This document shows positions 53,601 to 64,000 of a stretch of DNA of 64,000 nucleotides, one piece after another. The notes under the pieces were generated by a model. That model had not been told where the DNA came from. It did no database searches and worked only from the letters and a program-made list of their open reading frames with translations. Origin of the DNA: Bugula neritina. Lineage: Eukaryota; Animalia; Bryozoa. The stretch spans positions 8,690,581 through 8,754,580 of the forward strand of contig OZ037767.1 of NCBI GenBank assembly GCA_964035545.1, in the 5' to 3' direction. Positions within the stretch are counted from its first letter, which is position 1, and each line of letters starts with the position of its first letter. The position numbers and the translations under genes were made by a program.

Positions 53601-54590
53601 TTTTGTACGGCTTGACTGATAAAGCTTGCAGTTTGAAAATTGTTGATAGGCACAGTGTACTATTTCTTATAATGATACTACCACTTTAGTAGATAAAGCG
53701 CAACTTCTTAATAGGTATTTTAATGACAAAAATATTATTATGCAAAATTAGACACGCTTAAATATCGAATAACTACTTGATTGTCTTTGAACCAGTTGAT
53801 AGAATTTCTACTTGAATAAATTTAAAAGTTTAGGAGTGTCAATAAAAATATACATAATATAAAATCATATAATATATACTTGCTTGAATTATATTGCTAA
53901 ATCAATGCATTTAAAATTACTATCGACTGCTGGTTTCTCTTGAATGAAGGATTGTATAATTTCTTGGATGAAAAGTCTAGTAACTCAGTTTTTATTTGCG
54001 CTGTTTCACTCAGTTATCAAATGTTTCTAATTCATAGCTAAAAATTCAGACAGAGTTGAAAGGTCGCATGATATTTATTAGAGGCATCAGCTTAATTTGA
54101 ACAAACTCAAATGTGTTAGTAGTATAGACTGCACAAATTAATTGATGACATTGATAAGTTAAACAGCTATAAAGGTGTTATATGTAATGTAAACAACAAG
54201 CATGAATTCAGTAATTTATTTATAAGTTACAGTCCAGCTTCTCAACAATCAGCAAAACAGCAAACAAAATGTTAACCGTACTACATGTATATAGGACAAG
54301 CACAATCTTTTATACACTAAATGATTATATGATACGAATTTAGGCAAAACTTCATAATCAATCAATAAAATATTGATCTATACTGTTAATCATTAAAAAT
54401 TAACAACGTTAAATAACATTTAGCAATAGTCCTACGACAGCTTTTATTGACAAAACTAGTTGAACTATAGCATTTTGTTGCCTTTACTATAAAAGCAGAA
54501 CTTAATATTTACAAATATATTCATCACAAAAGTAAACTACACAAAAAAGAAATTTAAATTTTGTTTTGCATTATTAAGTAGCAAATTCAA

Positions 54591-55514
54591 TCAGGCCGGT
54601 GTAACAGGTGCTACTTGTGAAAGGCTGCCTCTACACTTGAACAGCTTCCTTATATGTACTCTGTATCCAGGAGTCATGCAGATGTATATCACAATGTTCA
54701 GGGTACCATAACATGCATTATAGATCAAAGCTCCCCATGTCAAAGCGCGAGTTACCCTTTTTAAAGTCTTTACATTATAACCAGGCGTAGAGATCAAGGT
54801 GGGAATGTAAGAGAAATAAAAGAGAGCACAAATCAGCATAACATACGTGGCAGACCTTTTGATGCTTTCATCATCATGTCCAGGAACATTTCTTTCAGCC
54901 ATTCGTTTTAATTCTACTCTCACTTTGTACAAACAGATTGAACAGATTAGGAAAGTGGCCAAAATTATCAGACCATATGTTATCAAAGTTGCAGCATCAA
55001 CTTGAATGGGTAAAGCACCAAATTCGCTGTAGCAGTACAAGTAACCTTTTGTAAAGATTGTTGGAGCTATTGTCCCATAGCTGGTAACCCAGATTATAAT
55101 GACCGAAACTCCAAAATTGTCCAATATTTTGCTAGAGGTAGACTGCAATGGTCGGCAAATAGACACGTACCTTTCATAGCTGCTCAAAGCAAGCACAGCT
55201 AATCGAGCAATTGAAGAACCTGCTATTAATATTATTGCAGCAATTTGGTACTGCTGAGCTTGCTGGCTTGTCAGACTCAAAATGGGTGTAGCAATTTCAC
55301 AGCTGACTGCGAGTATTTGAGATACATTTACTGCTACGTCAGTAACGCCAATGTTTATTATGCTCCAGTAGTGTTTGGTTTTCTTTGAATCTTCTATTGC
55401 ACTTAGAACGATGAGATTTACAATGTTGCTCATTACACTGACAGAGCTTAATAGCAGATGTACAGCAGATAACTCTGGTGCTTTGCAGGGTTTTGTAACA
55501 CCTTCGCACAGCAT
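54591..55514 (-). CDS. Divergent rhodopsin-like (class A) GPCR, 7TM region in one exon, possibly chemosensory or orphan
   Basis: Seven hydrophobic segments, TM1 N, TM2 D, SYERYVSICRPL (E/DRY), TM4 W, TM6 FSYIP and TM7 LNIVIY. First in-frame ATG is at 55514; the ORF track start at 55529 is a GTG. The frame stays open to 55577 and a cag acceptor at 55561-55559 suggests a possible upstream exon. Confidence 0.88.
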   Translation of the reverse strand: MLCEGVTKPCKAPELSAVHLLLSSVSVMSNIVNLIVLSAIEDSKKTKHYWSIINIGVTDVAVNVSQILAVSCEIATPILSLTSQQAQQYQIAAIILIAGSSIARLAVLALSSYERYVSICRPLQSTSSKILDNFGVSVIIIWVTSYGTIAPTIFTKGYLYCYSEFGALPIQVDAATLITYGLIILATFLICSICLYKVRVELKRMAERNVPGHDDESIKRSATYVMLICALFYFSYIPTLISTPGYNVKTLKRVTRALTWGALIYNACYGTLNIVIYICMTPGYRVHIRKLFKCRGSLSQVAPVTPA

Positions 55515-57556
55515 GTCGCTAATTTTCACGTCTCCATCATCAGAGTGACAGAAGCAAACTGCTTGCAGATCGACAAATTATTTTATTGATTAAAATAATT
55601 TACAATGGATTATTAAAATCCGTTAGTCTACATTGTGTTACAGAGCCATATTCTTGTTTCAATCAAATTAATGGCAGATTAAAATTCTGTAAACAAAAAG
55701 TTTTTTGTTTCAATATATAGTCTGCAGTTTTGCCACTTTGAACCAAATTTGTTTTGCAATAAAATGATACAAGCTTATAAGTTCTTCAAACAATTAAATA
55801 CATGTTTTTGTAATAATTTTTCTTGTTCAGCATAAAACTCAAAACAGTCAATTTTTTACTTGTGTCAAATTTATCTTGATAAGGTTGATTGTCAACTAAG
55901 CCTTGAAATATTATTTAGTAAATTTTAAAAACTTTCAGTAGGCCTATTTATAATTTTGTCATTTGAAAAATGTTGGTCAGTTTTTATATTACATAGCTTA
56001 TAAGTTAATATGTTATTTAAAAATTATTTTTAACCAGTTAACACTTTATTAAAGAGAGAAAAGTTCTCTAAGTCATTTGTAGTTGCACAGAAAATATGGT
56101 TTCACAGAAACAAAGTTTCATAATAGGCTGCTCAACTGTATTATGAATAACACAATAGCACAATAACAGTGCTATAGATTAATGACACTGTACTCAATCA
56201 AATTCAAATATCCTCATCATATAAGCGATATCTCTATGAGGACATATTTAATTTTCAGTTTACAAATCATACACAATTTTAACTTGTATAAATGCATTAT
56301 ATATTAATGAGAAAAAATATCAATATTTTATAATAGGAATTTTCTTTGTTTTAATAAAATAATCATATACTTGTACGTTGGACTGACATATACTTAAAAA
56401 TTGATTGACTTGTTTAAGTAGAAAACTTACGTTATTCATTAAAAACCACTGAGTTTAAGCGACTAAACAGAATGCACATGTGAATGCCTTTATTACATTT
56501 TTTCTGGTCAATGCTAAAATATGCATGTGCAAAGTGAATTTTTACCTTGTAATCAGTTCATTTAACTAGCCTAAATAGAGAGGTTATTTTGCTCATCTGC
56601 TCTATGCGATTTAAGTCTTAGTTGTTAGAGATTAAATTTTATGAATACATATTATATATAAGCTGATTCATATAAAAAGGACAATTTGTATATTTCTCGT
56701 TCTAATTAAGTTGACGTGGGCGCAAATGCATAATTATTATAAATTGAAGAATTGCGTGATATTTCAACAGTTTAAACTTTAAGAGATGCCATTACTTTGA
56801 CAATTATGTGCAGCATTCAACGTTAAAGATGGTACCAATGGTGTAAGCATATAAAAATAACATTATATAGTGCCACATCTTCACAACTCATTTAGAATTT
56901 AATAGAGTAACTGCAACTGATAACTTGCAGTCTATAGCTATAAAATATTAAAGACGGCAAAATTTTGTTATTTATTTAGACTTGGGAGAGAAGCAGCGCC
57001 TGCTTTTATAAAGCAACATGGCTGAAAGTGACAACTACTAATTGAATTGTCAAGGTTGGTACAGTGATGGAGAAATTGAGAAAAGCAGTTTATAGACGCA
57101 GGGTATTAAAACTTTTCTGCTACTGCATCAAATGGGAAGTGTAGTTCAGCCTCCAGTTTTTCCTGATTTAATTTCTCAGAATTGGAGCTATTAGTAATCT
57201 TTTGATAATCGCACTTCAGCCTATCTATATTATAAATTTCAAGGCTCGAAAACATGGCTATTGTCATTATCTCCAATATTTTTAAACTTTTAGGCTGTTT
57301 ATTTAATAATAAACACTAAGCTTCATGCATTTCAATAATTTCATAAATAATCTTTTTAGCTCCTAGTCTAACATACGGTAATACATTAGTTGTTATCAAC
57401 AAAGGTTATAGCTCTGTGAAGAAAACTAGAAAAAACCTAATGTTGATAACAAAAATGTCTTTATTGGTATTGCTATTCAATTAAAATCACTCTCTATATC
57501 ACTGCATTTCCATTATTTGCAGAATAGATTTTTCTTTTGGTGTTTGAAAACAGTTA

Positions 57557-57900
57557 GCCTAGGGCCACACGGTGCGTATTTTCGCATGCGAAAATTGAAA
57601 TCACAAGTAGCAAAGGTGTCCACTGTAGCGTCAGTGATGCGTGATAAATAAAGCTTTCATTTTTAAATCGCACTCGCTTTCAATAAAACCCAATTTACTG
57701 GAATGTAGCACTAAAATAAAGAAATTGGGCTCGCTTGATAACTACCAGCCAATTAGGTGACGACGACAGAGACGATTTGCACTTGCGGTGAAAATGCAGA
57801 GCGACAAGTGCGAATGTTTTCTCAACGCGCACAGTGGACACCTTTGCTACTTGTGATTTCAATTTTCGCCTGCGAAAATACGCACCGTGTGGCCCTAGGC
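57557..57900. mobile_element. PIF/Harbinger-type MITE, 344 bp, young
   Basis: ~70-bp TIRs (GCCTAGGGCCACACGGTGCGTATTTTCGC...) with a single mismatch; TTA TSD at 57554-57556 and 57901-57903. Confidence 0.9.
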
Positions 57901-58546
57901 TTACACTGAATGAAACCACAACCAGAAGTTCATGCAATGTGTGGGTTATTGAGATGAGAGCATAGGTTACTAAGGTGCGACTGTGTGTAATCTACTTATT
58001 CAACGCAACAGTCTGAGTATGGTACAATCCAATATTTATTGCATGATGAGGAATTATAAACCAAGTGTCAAAACTATATATATAAGATGAAAAACGTTAC
58101 ATGGGTAATGAAAGAGTACAATAATAACATATACTGAACTAAGCTGGCTCCACTGCTAAACAATGTGGGGTTGGCGCAAGGTTGTCCTTTTATATGTGCG
58201 CAGCCTCCGTGCTGACGTAGAGTAACTTATACAGTCAGGTGATCAGCAACCAATCAAATTGTAGGGGCGTAATGAAGAGTATAAAATGAAAATCCTTACA
58301 CCGCAACCACAAATTAATCCATTAGCATAATGCGAAGTCATGGAAACACAGCGTATTACCAAGTTTGGAGATGCACGACTTTCAAGAAAGCTATGTTATA
58401 TAAAAAAGTGTGTTATTTAAACTAATTTTATCCAATGGTTATTTTAGCACTACATGCAAATTACTGTCTTTATCTTCCGTATAGAAGTTATACCAACTCT
58501 CATATGGAAAATGATCATGGTTTATTTCAATTTAAAAAAAGTCTCA

Positions 58547-58800
58547 ACTTTTAGTATTTTGGTAACTTGGAAATCATTTTCACTACCCTAAATCAATAAA
58601 TTGTAATTAAAAAATGTATGCAATAACAAAACAAATAATGTTATGTCCTGTCCGTGCCAATTTTTAAAATATTAAAGTATATCCAGCAACTATGCACAAT
58701 ATCTTATTAAGCTGTTAACTGTCTAATTAAATTTTATTTAGTGGTGATGTTGTGAATAAAAACCAATCCGAAATAATGTTTATCACGTGAAGTTTCTTTT
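58547..58800 (+). repeat. ~270-bp dispersed direct repeat, copy 2
   Basis: Aligns with 53327-53600. Confidence 0.85.
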
Positions 58801-59467
58801 TTATTTATATTTTCCATAAACATGGGAGCACCCTCACAGACAAAATACAATATTTATCTGCATGTCATATAAACTGTAAATAAACCTGCCAGAATTATAA
58901 CGAATACAGTATTTCATTTATATAACAATATGCAACTGGTTGCAGTGTCACTGTGTGATAATTGAGACTTGAAAGAATATAATTATGGTCCTAAAAATCT
59001 CAATACCAAGTTGTTTAAACAGAATTCACTAATGATAAAACTTGCTGCATGGTCACTGATTGTACTGTATGGCAGAATTTTTAAAAGATTTAGGATTCCT
59101 ATGAGTAGGGGTAAGTTTAAGCCCTACTCGATTAACCTCAGTAGCTTACTCAAGGAAATACTTAAGAGTAACTTTCAAAAGATATGAGATGTCTTGCAGG
59201 TAACATTTCCGCCTTTGAATGAAATAGTTGGAATACCGGAAATAGGTTAAGGTGAAAGACCAAACTATAGACTCATTTGCTTTCAGTCAAAGAGACAATT
59301 ACAAAAGTTTGAACCTGCAAAATTATTTCACAGCGGTTATTATACTGCTTTCGGCAATATTGCTTATATATCTAACTATTTCAGTGATAGTCCAGGAGTT
59401 TTAGTTGGATGAGAAGTAAACATACAGTAAATTAAAACTTTCACAGTCCTCTGTCAGTTGCTGGTCT

Positions 59468-62400
59468 TTATACATTTGGCAGTGTTTTGTTCAGCTGTGC
59501 GTACAATTCTCCATAAGCTGATCTCTGATCTTGGAGTTGCTGTTCCAGCTTGCCAATGTGAGATGCCATTTCTACAGCCTATACAAAAGGAATACAAATT
59601 GTTTATTTTGGAACCTTGGGTTTTTCACCTTCGGTAGGATTTAGTTCTGTGCCACAGTTGGAGCGTGAAATGAGCATTTAGTTGGCCTACATTATTATAC
59701 TGGTGTGGTGGATGGAAGTACACAGCTTGCCGCTTAGAATGCTAAAGTCAGAGAAGAAGGGGGGGGTTCAAATCTATTGTAGATAGACATGTATCAGAGG
59801 CTAGTTCTAACCAATGAATCATTAATTAGTAAATAGTGCTTACATTCTCATCATTCATCGAACTCTATTACATTTTAAAATTTTTGAAGCACTTCCTTTG
59901 GTATTTGTACATATATTTAAACACAATAAGATATTTTTATTTCATAATTTGATAATTATATGTTACAATGGTCATTCTGTAATTTATGAAGCAACTTAGC
60001 ATCTTAATGTTTGTTGACCTTACCTTTGCTTCCCATGATGCATTTGCTTTTTCTGCTTCTGAGAGCTGCTCATCCAATGCCCTGTTTTGTTCAATAGCAT
60101 CTGCCAGCTGTTCACCTGTAGCTCCGGTTGTATTCACCTATTGGGGTAAAAAGAAGTCTTGCTTTAACAAAAGGTATATTTAAAGGAAATTTGCTACTAA
60201 GTTTTACAACCTGTATGAAAGGTTGTATGTAACAGTACAATCTATTTCTAATACTTGTTAGCAAATTGGTACCTAAATATCATTTTGAAAAATCTAAATC
60301 AGCATTCAATATGGTTGATTTAGTTGTACAGTACATTCACTGCTGAGATTTATTCAGATATATAGGAGAGAACAACTCTTGTATGTATTATTGACCTGGT
60401 ATCGTAACTCCTGATTGGTTTGTTGAACCTCTCTCAGTTGGTCAGACAACAGCTTGTAGTTTTCTTGGTAAACAAACACCTCGTTCTCGAGTTGTGAGAT
60501 TCTAGCCTCTTTCTTGGCAAGAACACTTTGAGATTCACTCAGATCTCTCAGGCTATCTTCAAGATGTCTGCAGTAGAAGTATTATATAACTAATAATGCT
60601 AATTCTAAGTTCTATAATCATCAGTTAGTAAAATAATTATAATAGATGCATTATGTGGTGCTTGCCCTTAGATGTTGCTTACTAGTAATAGTTGTTAGAG
60701 TTTTGTTGTCCTAAACAATTTTTCAATCTATGGAGAAATTATTCCATATTATAGTCCAGATCTTCAAAATATAGCAAGTTAAAATTCTTATTTATAACTA
60801 CTTTCAAATTATCCCCCCTGCTCCAATGTATTTTGAAAATCTGCACTTTCTTTCTGCTGTTTTATATTAGAAAAGGCTGAGACTTTGCTATAGATACACT
60901 TATTCAAGTAATCAAATAATAATTCGAGCAATATTTGCACATAATTTTAGAGTTGCCTTCTCTAATTAAATCTGCATCTCAAACTTTTAGTCTCAAATGC
61001 AAAATAGCACACAGTATGTATAAAGAATATTTTAATAGGCTGTAGCAGATTATTAAAGTAAACCCTTATTCAAACACAACAACATAGACCATAGGTATTA
61101 GAGTTCTACCTGTTTTTCTGTTGAAGCAGACTATCGCTATGTGACACTTGTGGTGGAGGTTGTTGAGAGGGCGGAGTTAGAATAGATCTAGGAGAGTGAT
61201 GTCTTGTGTGTCTATGGTGTTGCATCTGCTTATTCTCAATTACTATCTGGTTGTAGCTGCTGGTAACTTCTACTATCTACACACACACACCATAATTTTG
61301 TCTAGTAACTTATTATTCTATACACCAATCTAACTAAATTAACTTATATGTACTAGTATCTATAAGTCATAACTATAGCACTAAGAAAACTGCTAGTTAT
61401 TAGTACTTTAACACTTATATACATTAATGCTCTTATGGGCATTTAATTGTATTCCTAATTTTAATATAAGCTACTATATTTCAATATTTTCAAAAGGTCT
61501 AACAAAAACTGCAATTTTTAAATATATGACTGTTGTAAAAAAAATTCTATTCATGGTAAGTGCATAACATATTATATTCTACAGAAGCAATAATGACATC
61601 ATCACTTTTCATATAATTATTATAATACTACGAATGACTTTTTTTCATAATATATTATAAAAATGACTACTTATAAAATATTTTAATATACTTGTAGTAC
61701 TTTGTTATAGTATCAAGAGTTATGCCACAATACATGTTGGAGTGCCTATCTGTTTGCTGCTGATGAAACATTCTATTACCATGGCAGAATTGATCTTTTT
61801 TCATAACAAATAAAGGCACTTCTATTTCATAATTTAGAGTTATGTTCTCCCACACCTTACTATGCTATAATGCTGATCTTACCCTGTCTTCTGCCTCTTT
61901 AAGTTGTTGTGCCAAATGCATGCCGTCCGACTTATACATTTCAACGTCATGCTCCAGTTTCTCGTTATCCATTTGAAGACGAGAGACCGTACGCTGCAAT
62001 TCTGAGCTTTCTGTCTCCATCTGCGATGCTCTCTCTCTTTCTGCTGCCAGCTGCTGTTTGTACATTTCTTCGGCAGCATCCATACTGTTGAGACGATGGT
62101 TCAGGCTTCTGATCTGAAAAACAACTTTATTTCTTGCAATTTATAATCTGTAGGTTTGATGTTGAGTATAAACTTATACGAATCAGGTTCAAATTCATGT
62201 TTCTACACCAACTACTGACGTGTAGAGGATTTGTAGAAACTATTTATAAACTTTTATTAAAAATATCTCAACTTTTTGTTTATGCATACATTAATTATCT
62301 GATGATATTTTTAACTTGCTACTTATGAAGATGACATTCAAGCCAAAGGTCAATTAATTTAATTTTGGAGTTTTCTTACCTCATTTATCAGTTGGTCTCG

Positions 62401-63165
62401 GTTTGCTTCAGATTCCAATAACTTGTTATGAGTATCTTTTAGCTGCTCATCGAGTGTAAAAACTTGATCACTGAGATTAGCTGCTTGCCTGTAATTTTAT
62501 ATATAATATAATATATGTAAAGGCCGTATATGATATAAAAGAATATTTTGTATTACACTTCAAAGTCATAATCTTTAGGAACTTGCTGCATTTGCAAAAA
62601 AAAAAACATAAAGACATAAGTAAAATATGAAATGTTTGAGAGTACTTTCAAACATTTCCTAAAAGTATAAAAGCTGATTGAAAGATGCTCAAAGTTCCTT
62701 GTTGTCGTGTTGGATTAAAGTGAGCTTAACAATTAATGGCAGCATAGCTGAAAAGTTTAATTATTAGATAATTTGAAGCAGCGAAATAAATTTTTAAGGA
62801 GTCATTGACTATAGAAGAGCCATTCTAAAATAATGTCACTCATTTACAGGCAATCCTATAGATGCTTAGCTTATTCACCGGCAGACCTCATATAGGGTAT
62901 GAATAATTTATTATAGTGTGTATAATAACACCTATTTGTATACCAAGAGTATATTACTAACTGATTAAAGAATTATTACTATAGTGTAGACTAAAATCTC
63001 TACAACGTATATAATGGGTGGAATTCTACCTCTGTAAAGAGTTACGTTCTCCTTCTACTTCCTGAAGTTTATCTGTTGTGGATTTAAGATCCTTAGAAAC
63101 CTCATCAGCTCTCTCATGGGCTGCATCTACTTCTGCCCTCATCTTTAACATTTTTCCTCTCACAC
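59468..63165 (-). CDS. Divergent tropomyosin-like coiled-coil protein, 7 exons visible (about 346 aa), 5' exon not found in the window
   Basis: Minus-strand exons 63165-63030, 62488-62380, 62113-61883, 61276-61110, 60567-60396, 60137-60024 and 59578-59468 (TAA). All are GT-AG and phase-compatible with no internal stops. The sequence is heptad-rich. The N-part VRGKMLKMRAEVDAAHERADE...EVEGERNSLQRQ and the C-terminus IGKLEQQLQDQRSAYGELYAQLNKTLPNV resemble tropomyosin termini. The gene model is confident; the family call is less so. Confidence 0.8.
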
Positions 63166-63607
63166 CTTAAACACATGGCAGCACTTAGTGTTTGTTTACT
63201 ATTATAGATAAACTAATAATTACTGTATATGGCAGCAATTACTATGCTATCACTACCTTGTGTATTCATTTACTGAATATGCTGCCAATGTTAGAGTTCA
63301 ACCTCTTCACTGTAAACAATAAGTTTTTTCAGTCACTCTGCACGTCGGGAAAGGAGAAGATCAAATAGAAGGCTAAACTCGTTTTAATATATTAAGTTAC
63401 AAAAATAAAGAAGACAAAATTAACTGATTTATACCAGCAGGCAGTGATTTCAATATAGGTAACAATATTCAATATCTTGGTTACTTTCAAATAGCCTGCG
63501 ATAATAAAAGAACCTTTTTAATTTAGAGCTACGAATCTGCAGGTTTGAATAACCAACAGCTGTTTAAGCTGTTTATTATTGAGCACTGTTGTAGAACCTG
63601 ACTCCCT

Positions 63608-63800
63608 AAAGCTGCATGTACACAGGCTGATTTTTCATTAAAATTGCCGATACACTGTTGGCGATTTTTTAGGATTTTTAAATTTATCGGCCGATTTTGC
63701 TTTTAGCCGATTTTTGAAGCGATTTCCAGAATTGAACATGTTCAATTTTTCGCCGATTTTCTGTTGAACCAGCCAATCAAAAGCTGGCAGAAAATCATGA
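63608..63800. mobile_element. Probable end of a DNA-transposon/MITE with CCGATTTT sub-repeats
   Basis: CpG-rich patch in an AT-rich context, reiterated (c/g)cgatttt and the palindrome AATTGAACATGTTCAATT. The partner TIR is not seen. Confidence 0.4.
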
Positions 63801-64000
63801 CAGCAAGCGATATTAACACCATTGTTGAAATACAACCAGGAAGTAATTAATACGTTGCTATCTCTACGATACATCATATATGAAATACAATTAATTAAAA
63901 TAACTATCAATAGCAGTAGTAGTAATAACAATGCATTGGTTGTCGTGTGACTTTGAGGAAGTTAATTTCACTTTCATATAAATCCCTAAATATTTTTTAA

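Overview
This is AT-rich eukaryotic DNA, most likely from an invertebrate animal, with GT-AG introns, microsatellites and MITEs. There are no prokaryotic features, no CRISPR array and no recognisable rRNA or tRNA. Most real genes are spliced and are therefore missed or fragmented by the ORF track. Manual exon chaining supports five loci. (1) A ZFP36/TIS11 tandem-CCCH gene with AU-rich elements in its own 3'UTR. (2) A secreted 194-aa three-domain Kunitz protein (41589-44457) whose first two domains lack the CysII-CysIV disulfide, as in conkunitzins; two intronic palindromes flank its exon 3. (3) A tandem pair of unrecognised small-exon genes (46315-47493, 85 aa; 49206-51014, 137 aa) sharing a GCQGH motif and a bipartite-NLS-like C-terminus; one copy has an internal two-exon repeat, and a third remnant lacks the last exon. 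(4) A divergent class-A GPCR flanked by ~270-bp direct repeats. (5) A 7-exon, 5'-truncated tropomyosin-like coiled-coil gene with a His/Pro-rich break. The 2-41 kb interval is mostly non-coding: hAT and Gypsy relics, several MITE families, mini- and microsatellites, and a few orphan exon-like segments. All assignments come from reading the sequence by eye; no database searches were run.
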